From positions 74,029 through 138,028 of the IMG/VR virus record IMGVR_UViG_3300021255_000152: 64,000 nucleotides of DNA. One strand, 5' to 3'. Under the pieces are notes generated by a model. It did not search any database and had not been told where the DNA came from. It saw only the letters and a list, made by a program, of their open reading frames with translations. The stretch is from a virus. Taxonomy: Duplodnaviria; Caudoviricetes. The position numbers and the translations under genes were made by a program. This document shows positions 1-9,271 of the stretch, one piece after another; position 1 is the first letter of the stretch; the number at the start of each line of letters is the position of its first letter.

Positions 1-864
1 TAATTGTTGCTGACGGGTGTTTCTTAAAATATTGCGAAATTCCGATTGTTCAATTTTTTGTTTAAGATTTTCTTTATCCGTAAATACATTTGCCATACAT
101 GTTTCATCGCTTCAAGGCTTTCCGCATGAATAAACGCCGCCATCTGGATGAATTCCATATCAATGTCCAACGCAATTTTTTCCTTCACAAAAGAACAATT
201 CTTTTCCTTCAATATAAGAAAGTATTTCATCAAAAGGTCTGTCTAAATCATCTGTTTCTGTAATGCATATATAATCAAATAATTCAACCATTCTTTTGGC
301 TAATTCAATATGGTCTTCAATCGTTAATCCAATTCCAAAAGCTGTATTAAAAATTAGATTAAACTCATTATCTCGCGCAAATTGATAAGATTCAATAATT
401 CTCTTACTATTCTCTGGAGTCATTGTAAAAATAGCATTTACAACAACTCCTTTTTCTTTTCCTCGTTGCATTAATTCAAAGAAATTTCTTGAACCTCTAG
501 ATATATTATTATCAATACCATCCCAAGAACTTCCTATGTTTATTTGCAATTTTTTAAAATAATCTAATCAAGCATCATTTATTAATGTTCCATTTGATTG
601 AAAAGCTCAATTAATAGGTTTATCGGAAAAATGTTGTGTTACATTTTTAAAATAATCAAGTCCTAAAATTGAAGGTTCCCCTCCATGTCAAATAATTTCT
701 CAAGACTCATTTGGATCAATAGCAATTATATTTTCAAGTGCTTCAATAGCTTGTTCTTGGGTCATTTCTAAAGGATGTTCTGCATCTCGATTATTTTTTT
801 CATAACAATAAGTGCATTTTAAATTACATCTATATGTTGGTTTAAATATTACTGTATTTGACAT
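1..864 (-). CDS. Radical SAM/SPASM enzyme #3 (anSME/peptide-maturase-like), 3' end outside window; requires TGA=Trp
   Basis: ATG at 864 after AAGGAGG. KPTYRCNLKCTYC (CxxxCxxC), II[TGA]HGGEP, FQSNGTLINDA[TGA], SWDG, C-x4-C...DGGVYSC SPASM start. 6 in-frame TGA, several at conserved Trp positions; open to window edge. Confidence 0.93.
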
Positions 865-2182
865 AATCTTTTTGTAGTTCCTCCTTTAAGTATGCTGGCA
901 TATATAATTGCTGAATTAAATATTGTTTTAAAGTAGGATTTAATTTAACAAATTCTTTTGGTGTTAAATTTCCTAATTTATCATAAATATATGGGACAAT
1001 AGCTTTTCAAAATTTACATTGTGCAGAATATGGCTTTAATCCTTTTGATTCTTTTAAAGAACAATTCAAACAGCCTTGACCGCAAACAGGAAGATAATCA
1101 CAGTTTAAACATTGATTTTGTATTTGAGTTTGTTTTAGTTGTTGTAATTTTAAGCTTTTATCTCCATTAAAGAAATCTTTAATTGAATTAAGCTCATCTA
1201 TATTGCAAACATGCATTTCTTCAATACTTGTGTCATCACATCTATATAATTCACCATCTGCGTTAATACAAATACGATTTGAATATAAGCAATTATCTAA
1301 ATTGCATATCTCAGCAGAACGATTTAATGCTCGACGTATATAAGCGAGAGCAGATCGTTCTGGAACTCTTGGATTATTATCATATATAAAAAATTCTAAA
1401 TATTTTTTATACTCTTGGATAAATTCATCTATATCTAAGAATTTTTCTAATGGATTATTAGTAGTACCAAATACTGCATTAAAACTAAAAGGAACTCCAT
1501 TATCAGAAGCCTTTTTAGAATCTGCAATTAAATTTTTAACATTTTGTTTAGTAATTACAGATATTATAAAATAAAAATTAGATAATTTTTCTTGAGATAA
1601 TTCATATCCTCTACATTGCTGCCCACTTCAGTCATAACTGGTTCCAATAGGAACATTATATTTATCTAAAAGATATTTTCATTCATCATCTAAAAGAGTT
1701 CCATTACTTTGTGCATTAAAAATTAATTTTATATCTTCTTTAATAGCATATTTATACATTTCTAAACAAACATCATCAAATCATTGTTTATCTACTGTTA
1801 AGAACTCTCCTCCATGTCAAGTTCATTCGATTTTTGAATAACCTTCTTCATTTAATAATCTAAGTAATCTTAAAATGCGCTCTTTTGATAAAACCATTCT
1901 TGGTTTTTGCTGATTTTTTTTATCAAAACAATAAATACAGTTTTGATTACAAAAATTTGTCACTTTACAAATAACTTCACAATTATTATAACAATGATGA
2001 TCGTTTCAATCTCCTTGGAATGTTTTTTCTGAATCCTTTTTTCCCAAAAGAACTTGTAGATATTCGTTTTTTAATAAAGAGTAATAATTTTGAATTCCTT
2101 CTTCTGTAGTTTCATCAATAACTTGATTAAAGTCAATGTTTGGAAGATAATTATCAAAATCTATATAATCACTATATTTCAT
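842..2182 (-). CDS. Radical SAM/SPASM enzyme #2, 446 aa, with ~65-aa N-terminal extension; requires TGA=Trp
   Basis: GGAGGT RBS. KVTNFCNQNCIYC, IE[W]T[W]HGGE, QSNGTLLDDE[W], SPASM Cys set CNLDNC..DGELYRC..CLNCDYLPVCGQGC..C. 7 in-frame TGA; ends TAA. Confidence 0.93.
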
Positions 2183-2570
2183 TGAAACCTCCTATATAAT
2201 GAATAAAATCATTATCTTGTTTATTTTCTTGTGGAGATTTTAAAATATAAATAGTTAATTTATTTTCAATACAATATTGAATTATCACATTGATATATTG
2301 TAAGGGATAATCTTTAGAAAGGTCAAAGATAACACCACCATTTATAATATCTATATTATTAATTAAATTTTCAACAGAAGTTTTTGTTATTTTTGTAAAA
2401 AGATAATATAAATCAATTCTAGAATCTCAATTATTAGCAATAAATCTTTTTTTAAAAAATTCTGGAATTATTTTATCTTCAAAAGATAAAGCTATCTTGC
2501 ATTCTTCTGTTTTGTCGAAAACATGACGAATATTTTTATAAATATCTTTATCATATTGAAAAATTTTCAT
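2172..2570 (-). CDS. 132-aa hypothetical partner protein in the rSAM operon (1 TGA=Trp)
   Basis: Starts 2 nt after the upstream stop and overlaps the next start. Open with one TGA: MKIFQYDKDIY...GGFNEI*. Confidence 0.75.
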
Positions 2571-2572
2571 AA

Positions 2573-3754
2573 TTAATCTCCTGTTCCTAAATATGTAAGT
2601 AAATCTTGAATATCAATAATTTTTTGATTTTCAATAAATTCATCTACTCCTCCACCAGTAGAATAATTTGGGTTATTTCCTGTTCTTAAATTATAAGCTG
2701 TTGATGTTCCTTGGCGCATTTGAAGAATATCTTCCCATGTAATAATGGTAAAATTAGAAACTACTGGACTATTTGTAAAAGTAACAGTAGTTTGACCCAT
2801 TGCAGTGAGAACTTTATTTACTTCTCCTTGTACCTGATCTTCATTTGGTTTAGTATAATAGTCAGTATTTCAAGTAGGAGCTGTATAGTGATAAATTCTA
2901 ATTGGAGAAGAGACTGCGGCATAAGTGGTTTCGTATGCGGTTGTATCTTGTCTAACATTACTATAACCAGTACCATTATTTGATGCAGTAACTGCATTGG
3001 TAGCATGATTTTCAATATGATGATAAGTTCAGCCATTTCCTGAAGGAATAGCACTCCAACTACCATTATCATAAACAGTAACACCAATTTTATACCAACC
3101 AGCGGTTAATGAAGTAGCTGTTCAAGTATAAGAGGTTGAAGTCTGTTCTGATAATAAGGTCCAATTTCCATAAGTACCGTTTTGGGTAGCACAATATTGA
3201 TAATATATACGAAATTTTGTGGCTGTGCTAGTATTATCATCAGAATATATTAATGATGTTAATATAATTTTTATAGATTTGCTGTTATAATATCTAGAAT
3301 TTGCAAATGTTGAACCAGATACTTGAGGTGCTTTATTGGTAGTGTTTGTTGGAGTTCTTCCAGTTTCTACTGTTGTATTAACTGCTGCAGTGTTGGTGTG
3401 ATTATTATATCCAGTATTTCTATGGTTACTATATCCACTATTTGTATGGTTATTATATCCGCTTTTAGTATATCCACCATTGTTTGTGTGGTCATCATAA
3501 CCTCTGTCGTTATGATTTGCGTATCATCCATCATTCATAGTTCATCCAGAACTTCTTCTATCGGTATGATCGTCACTACCGCTATTTCTATGGTTGCTAT
3601 AATTTCTATGGTTATTATATCCAGTATTTCTATGGTTATTAGCACCAGACTGAGAATAATTATTATAACCTGATTGACGATATGCAGAATTTGTATGTCT
3701 ATAATTTATTCTATATCCATTGGTATGAACCGCTTTTTGATGAGATTTAATCAT
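2573..3754 (-). CDS. 393-aa His/Tyr/Asn repeat protein fused to an Ig-like (Y_Y_Y/PKD-like) domain; putative rSAM substrate; 5 TGA=Trp
   Basis: AAGGAG RBS, ATG at 3754 overlapping the rSAM1 3' end. Joins track ORFs 3542..3808 and 2573..2800 in one frame. Repeats GYNNHRNT/GYSNHRNT/GYDDHTNN, Thr-rich linker, then NKAPQV...STSYT[W]TATSLTAGWYKIGVTVYD. Confidence 0.88.
3380..3727 (-). repeat. Imperfect ~24-nt coding tandem repeats (G-Y-N/S/D-N/D-H-T/R-N/D-S/T)
   Basis: Recurrent plus-strand unit tttctatggttattatatccagta and variants; 11 H-x-N/D motifs in the translation. Confidence 0.85.
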
Positions 3755-4706
3755 TTTCTTTCTCCTTTCTATATCCAAGACAGGCGCAATAAAGTCCCGT
3801 TCGAGCATGTCTTGGACAAGATAAGCATTCTTTTTGAGGCGGAGTTTTTCTTAGAGAATCTTCTTCCGCATGAAGTAAATCTAATATTTCATCAAAAGTT
3901 TCAAACTCTGATAAAGCATGTTTGAACTTGTTGCATCCAAAACAACCAATAATATCTAATTCTGGCGTAACATCTAAGGCAGAACCATCACAAGCAAAAC
4001 TTCCAAAAAATGATGGGTCTATCTTCATAGCAAATGCAACGAAATCATCGTCATATGCGCAAATAGGCGGATTATTACAATCGCAAGAAAATGTTACATT
4101 ATATTTGGTTGCCCAAGTCAGCATTTCTTTTAATATAGGTTGAAATTCATGAAAATACTGTTTAAAATTAAAATCTTTAGATAATTTCATATTTGGTACA
4201 GTAATTGACCATCTAATATCAGAAATATTATATTTTGCAATAATGTCTTCCCAAAAGCTCATATCTTGATGCGGATCAAAAATATTAATACTAATACGAC
4301 TTACAGCATTTGGAATGCATAAAGAAAGATAGTCTAAATTACGTTCTATCGTAGGAAGAAATTGCGGATTATTGTTAATATTTGGTAAAAATTCAATAAA
4401 AATTTCATCACTATATTCCACAATTTTTTGAGCAAATTCAAAAGAAAATGAAAAATTAGAAAAAACTAACACGGAAGAAAAACAATCATAAGAAATTATA
4501 ATATCTAATAAATCAAAAAATTGCGGATGTAATGATGGCTCTCCTCCGATAAGTCTAACATTTTTTTCATTATTTTGCTTTAAAAAATCTAAATATATTT
4601 TAAAGTTATCTAAATTTATATTTTTTACTGTATTTGTTTTCATTTCTGTTTGCGCGAAGCAATAAGGACAATGAAAATTGCAATAAGTATTTATCATTAA
4701 GTTCAT
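3747..4706 (-). CDS. Radical SAM enzyme #1 with Cys-rich C-terminus (SPASM/twitch-like), TGA-free
   Basis: NTYCNFHCPYCF, IGGEPSLHP, C-terminal C..GCFGC..CLSC..CAC. Confidence 0.92.
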   Translation of the reverse strand: MNLMINTYCNFHCPYCFAQTEMKTNTVKNINLDNFKIYLDFLKQNNEKNVRLIGGEPSLHPQFFDLLDIIISYDCFSSVLVFSNFSFSFEFAQKIVEYSDEIFIEFLPNINNNPQFLPTIERNLDYLSLCIPNAVSRISINIFDPHQDMSFWEDIIAKYNISDIRWSITVPNMKLSKDFNFKQYFHEFQPILKEMLTWATKYNVTFSCDCNNPPICAYDDDFVAFAMKIDPSFFGSFACDGSALDVTPELDIIGCFGCNKFKHALSEFETFDEILDLLHAEEDSLRKTPPQKECLSCPRHARTGLYCACLGYRKEKEND

Positions 4707-4724
4707 AGTCTATACCTCAATATA

Positions 4725-4753
4725 ATTCTATCAAAAAAAAACGCTTCTGTCAA
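4725..4753 (-). promoter_or_regulatory. sigmaA-type promoter for the rSAM operon
   Basis: TTGACA-N17-TAGAAT upstream of the RBS of 4706. Confidence 0.75.
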
Positions 4754-4798
4754 GACCTATTATGTTTAAAAAAAGGTCTAAAATAATTAATATTAAAC

Positions 4799-4838
4799 GG
4801 CCAATTTATGTTAAAAGCCTTTTTGACTCTTTAAAATA
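4799..4838 (+). promoter_or_regulatory. Candidate phage-specific (late) promoter GGCCAA-N25-TTTAAAATA upstream of the endolysin
   Basis: The same two boxes with the same 25-nt spacing recur at 50158-50197 (minus). Confidence 0.4.
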
Positions 4839-4862
4839 CAAGAGAGAGAAAGGAGAAGAAAT

Positions 4863-7340
4863 ATGTTAAATTTATGCTTACCTATGAAGGTGATTAACAT
4901 TACTCAACATTCTGGTAGTAATTTTAGTCATCCAAATGGCGCACTCGATTTAGCAGGTTCTGATGCTGGAGTAGATTTTGCTTTTGCTCTTGGTAATTAC
5001 TGAAGATGTATTGCAGGACCTTGAGGAAGTAATACGTATTTCTTCACCGCATCTGACGCAAAAGGTAATCCAGTTACAGTTCATTGCGCGGATGGAGTGA
5101 ATAGAATTGTTACCGTAGCTATGACTCATAGTAATTTAAGGTATAATAAACCTATTATTGGTAAAGTTTATTCTGATGGTGAAGCGATATATGAAGAAGG
5201 TACTGCAGGTCAAGCAACAGGTAATCATATTCATTTTGAAGTGGCAGAAGGCTTGCATTATAGTAAAACAAAAGACTATAATTTAAATGTATATCGTATG
5301 CCAAATGAATTAAAACCAGAAGATGTTTGCTTTATCTGTGATAGTTTCTCTAAAGTTAAGAGCATGGGTGGAGTAACGATGAAACATTGTGATACACCTT
5401 ATTATGAAACGCAAGATACTAAACCAGTATTAGGAACACTACGCGGTATTGATATTAGTAACTGGCAGGCAAGTATGGATGTGGCTGCGGTCAGTGCTGA
5501 TTTCGTAATCCTAAAAGCTAGTGAAGGCGTAGATTGGAAAGACCCTGCGTTCGATACATTACTTGAAAAGGTTAAGAAAACCGATAAGTTAATCGGTTTT
5601 TATCATTTTGCACGTCCAACCGCAAACAACACTCCAGAAGCTGAAGCTGAAAGTTTCTTGAAGTTTATTACTCCTTCTGGATTAATTGGCAAGGCTATTC
5701 TAGCTTTGGACTGGGAAGCTGAAAATAAACAAAATGTTGCTTATGCTAAAGCATGGCTTGACTATGTTTATAATAAAACAGGTGTTAAGCCTTGGATTTA
5801 TATGAGTGAGTCTGTTACCAAGAATTATGATTGGAGTTCTGTTGCAAACGCTGGTTATCCTCTTTGGGTAGCTAAGTATAGAGATAAGTCTCAAGATTAT
5901 AATTATGATATGACTAATGCGGGAACAGCACCACAGGTTAATTATTGGAATAATTATATTATGTGGCAATGGACTGGTGTTGGTAGATTAGACAGTTATA
6001 ATGGAGATATTGATTGCAATTTATTCTACGGAACTGCTGATACTTGAAGAAGTTTAGCTGCTCCAGTAGAAGATGAATTAGCACAATATACTGACCTTGA
6101 GCTTGCGCACATGGTTCTTGAAAATAAGTTCGGCACAGGCGAAGAACGTAAAAAAGCTTTAGGCGATAGATACAAAGCGGTTCAATTAATTGTAAATCAA
6201 TTAGTTAAAGAACAGCAAGAACAAAAGCCTTCTATTGATGTTGGACCTGTTGTCAAATATTCAATTCAATATAATGGATTAACTGTTCATATTGCAAAGA
6301 TCAAAAAAGATCAAGAGATTAGAGGTTCTGTTGATGGAAATAGATATGGGGTTAAATATGATAAAACTGTTCCAGCAGGATTCTCTGATAAGGATTTACT
6401 TAATGCCGGTTATCAAGAAGCTTGCGCGCAAAATGGTTCAACATTCTATTCATGGAATGGCGCCACTTATGCAGAAGGCATTGAGATTTCTAAGGGTATA
6501 AATAATCAAGATTTTTATATGGATGCAGTTTCTAAATTTAATAGTGTTATGGCTATTGGATTTCCATATACTGGTGGAATTGTATTTGCGCCACAAAAAG
6601 AAATTGTTGAAACTTATTCTAGATATTATGGAGCAGTAACGGGCATTTTTGGAATTATTTATGAAGGAAAACAAAATGCTATGGGAAGTTCTATTAACCG
6701 CAATGGAGGATTTACTGTAAAAAGTGGGCGTTCTATCCTTGCGGAAGATGAAGATTACTATTATTCTATTTGTTTTGTTGGAGATACTGGTTCTACTGGT
6801 CTTACTGGAAAAGAGCTTTATAATTTATGTATAACCGTGTCTAAAAATATGATTAATGCTATTTGCTTTGATGGTGGTGGAAGTGTATTCCAAAGAATTG
6901 AAGGTGAATATACAATCAATACTACTCGTCAAGTTAAAAATGGTATTATGTTATTTATTAAAGATGATGAATCTACTTCACAAGAACCAAAAGATGAAAC
7001 ACCAGTAAATCCTTTAGATAAATATTCTGACGAAGAGTTGGCAGATATGGTTCTTGACGGAAAATTTGGTTCTGGGGATGCACGAAAAGAAGCTCTTGGA
7101 AATAGATATATAGCAGTTCAAACTATCGTTAATATAAGAGTTATTAACGCTTATTTAAGAGCAGGAGATAAAATCCGTATTAAAAATAATGCTAAAGATT
7201 TAAATACAGGAACTACTTATATCAAATCAGTCTATTTAACAGTATATAAAGTAAAAGAAATTTCTGAAAATAGAGTAGTATTTGGTACAGATAATGCAAT
7301 TATTGGCGTTGTTTCTAAAGATAATATTATATTAGAATAA
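4863..7340 (+). CDS. 825-aa modular endolysin: M23-like peptidase + GH25 muramidase + Cpl-7 repeat + NAGPA/phosphodiester-glycosidase-like domain + Cpl-7 repeat + SH3-like tail; 3 TGA=Trp
   Basis: AGGAG RBS, ATG 4863. TGA at 5001, 5022 and 6045 join track ORFs 5097..6047 and 6111..7340. Motifs SHPNGALD and GNHIHFEV (M23), GIDISNWQ/KASEG/LDWE/DIDCN (GH25), LAxMVLxxKFGxGxxRKxALG twice (Cpl-7), AICFDGGGS...RQVKNGI (NAGPA). Confidence 0.9.
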
Positions 7341-7353
7341 GGAGGAAAAGGAT

Positions 7354-7782
7354 ATGATTAATAATTTCACAGCATTAGCAGTTGTTGCTATGTTTATTGA
7401 AGCATTTATCACTTATGGTAATACTATTGCTAAAGAACATCGTATTCAATGGCAAATTGTCTTTGCTTTTGTTGTTGCGTTAATTCTTTGCTACAATAGT
7501 GATTTGAACTTATTCCAATTCATGGGATTATCTGAAAAATATCCTATTATTGGAATCGTATGTACTGCACTTGTTATGTGTAGAGGCTCTAACTACTTCT
7601 TTGAGTTCTATAAGCAATTAAGTAGCTGGCGTGCAAACAATCCAACAAAACCAGAAGATGTTAAGGATGATTTCTTATTCGCATCTAAGGAAAAAGTTGA
7701 AGAAGCTGTAGCACAAGAAAACGAGCTTCAGGAACCAAAAGACGAGATTGAACAAGAAGACGTAAAAGTTGCTAATCGTTAA
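7354..7782 (+). CDS. Putative holin
   Basis: Directly after the lysin; 2-3 hydrophobic segments, RGSNY motif, charged C-tail. Confidence 0.75.
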   Translation: MINNFTALAVVAMFIEAFITYGNTIAKEHRIQWQIVFAFVVALILCYNSDLNLFQFMGLSEKYPIIGIVCTALVMCRGSNYFFEFYKQLSSWRANNPTKPEDVKDDFLFASKEKVEEAVAQENELQEPKDEIEQEDVKVANR

Positions 7783-7789
7783 AATTTTC

Positions 7790-7819
7790 TTGACTTTTGG
7801 AGAAAAAATTTAGTATAAT
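7790..7819 (+). promoter_or_regulatory. sigmaA-type promoter upstream of ORF-hsp20-tRNA(UCA)-GT8
   Basis: TTGACT-N18-TATAAT. Confidence 0.65.
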
Positions 7820-7840
7820 AACAATGTAAGGAGAACTGAT

Positions 7841-8026
7841 ATGGTATTATACGTTGATACACATGATGAATTAAAAAAGGTAGAGAATTTTCTATTTAGA
7901 TTTATTTATCCAGAAGAGTTCTCTTTACATATTGTTATTAGAGATGAAGAGGAAGTTGGTGAATATTACAGATATAGAACTGTATATAACGAATTTGCTC
8001 ACGGTCTCGTTTTAGAAACTTTTTAG
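7841..8026 (+). CDS. Hypothetical protein, 61 aa
   Basis: AAGGAG RBS, open frame. Confidence 0.6.
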   Translation: MVLYVDTHDELKKVENFLFRFIYPEEFSLHIVIRDEEEVGEYYRYRTVYNEFAHGLVLETF

Positions 8027-8053
8027 ATTTTATTTTTTGGAGGTATTTTTATT

Positions 8054-8425
8054 ATGATTTTTGATTATGATTCTTTTTTTAACTGGGATAAGCCAGCATA
8101 TACTTTTAGTCGCTCTGTCCATGATATGTCACCGTATAAAATTAAAACTTTAGAAGATAGAGTTGTATTGGTTCATAATATCGTGGGTGTTAAAGAGAAA
8201 GATATTAAAGTTGATATTGTAAATGAAGACGGAAGAGATCAGCTTGTCATTGAAGGTGTAACTCACAATGACGTATTGAACTATGATTATAAAGTTAAAT
8301 CTAAATTTGATATTAAAGCTGATATGTTTAAAAACGTCACATATAGTGTAGAGGATGGACTTCTTTACATTAATTTGTATAAAAAAGAACCAGAAGTAGC
8401 AAAATTAACTGTTACTAAAGCTTAG
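8054..8425 (+). CDS. Small heat-shock protein (Hsp20/alpha-crystallin family)
   Basis: GVKEKDIKVDI...LVIEG...VEDGLLYINL pattern; GGAGG RBS. Confidence 0.75.
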   Translation: MIFDYDSFFNWDKPAYTFSRSVHDMSPYKIKTLEDRVVLVHNIVGVKEKDIKVDIVNEDGRDQLVIEGVTHNDVLNYDYKVKSKFDIKADMFKNVTYSVEDGLLYINLYKKEPEVAKLTVTKA

Positions 8426-8426
8426 T

Positions 8427-8450
8427 AGGTAGAGATTTCTCTACCTTCTT
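8427..8450 (+). terminator. Hairpin (weak terminator or processing signal) just upstream of tRNA(UCA)
   Basis: AGGTAGAG-ATTT-CTCTACCT followed by TCTT. Confidence 0.45.
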
Positions 8451-8452
8451 AT

Positions 8453-8523
8453 AGGGGTATCGTTCAACGGTAGGACAGTGGTCTTCAACACCATATATGT
8501 GGGTTCGAATCCTACTACCCCTG
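8453..8523 (+). tRNA. Opal-suppressor tRNA-Trp(UCA)
   Basis: Cloverleaf AGGGGTA/TACCCCT, discriminator G, anticodon arm GTGGT-CTTCAAC-ACCAT, T-loop TTCGAAT, short variable loop. Body closely resembles Firmicute tRNA-Trp. Confidence 0.93.
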
Positions 8524-8541
8524 CTATTATTGAGGTGTTTT

Positions 8542-9225
8542 ATGAAATATGCTTATGTTACATTGTTAAGTTCTGATGATTATATTTGAGGAGTCCTTGG
8601 ATTAAAATATAGTTTAGAAAAAAATAATTGTAAATATCCGCTAGTCACAATAGTAACAAATGATATTTCTCAAAAAAATTTAAATTTATTAAAACAAGAA
8701 AATATTATTATTAAATTAGTAGAAAAACAAGTTTTTCAGAATATCTCAAATGACCATAGATATAAAACTTGTATAAATAAGCTATATATTTTTGGTTTAA
8801 GTGAATATGAAAAAATATTTTTTCTTGATGCTGATTGTATTGTTATTTATAATTTAGATTTTTTATTCAATTATGATCTTCCAATATTTTCTATAATTCC
8901 AGATATAGAAACTTCTTATAGTCGTGGATATATTTGAGGAGGTGCTTTTTTAGTAAAACCTTCTTTAAAATTAAAAGAATACTTTTTTCAAATAGCACCA
9001 AATTTTGATACTGATGAAAAAATTCTTAATGATTTTTTCCAAAATTTTAATTTTAAAATTTTTAATGCAAGCTTTTTTATCATACACGACTATAATCCGA
9101 TTAAAAAGTATTGGGAGAGATATTCTTTAAAAGATAAAGAAAAAATAAAAAATTTTATTGATAATTCAACATACTTAATTATGGAAAAAACAAATTGAAT
9201 ATATTCAGAAATTTTACCACATTAA
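8542..9225 (+). CDS. Glycosyltransferase family 8 (glycogenin-like), 227 aa, 3 TGA=Trp
   Basis: GAGGTG RBS. MKYAYVTLLSSDDYI[W]GVLGLKYSL...NKLYIF..YEKIFFLDADC (DxD). Absent from the code-11 track. Confidence 0.85.
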
Positions 9226-9271
9226 AAAAAATAAAGGGAGTAACCAATTAAGGTTACTCCCTTTTTATTTT
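9226..9271. terminator. Bidirectional intrinsic terminator between convergent genes
   Basis: A-tract, GGGAGTAACC-loop-GGTTACTCCC, T-tract. Confidence 0.85.

Noticed and set aside
3380-3727. CRISPR array or DGR repeats
   Set aside because: Repeats are in-frame degenerate coding units without unique spacers; no cas or reverse transcriptase gene is seen in the window.
2711-3925. Track ORFs 2711..2983(+), 2818..3087(-), 3323..3673(+), 3674..3925(+)
   Set aside because: Antisense or off-frame shadows of the recoded repeat gene and rSAM1; no RBS support.
4863-7782. Mycoplasma/Spiroplasma (code 4) host or chromosome
   Set aside because: A peptidoglycan lysin and holin imply a walled host, and TGA is absent from ~35 kb of AT-rich replication genes, unlike true code-4 genomes.
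8453-8523. tRNA-Sec / selenocysteine recoding
   Set aside because: The tRNA has a 7-bp acceptor, short variable loop and Trp-like body; TGAs align with Trp, not catalytic Cys.
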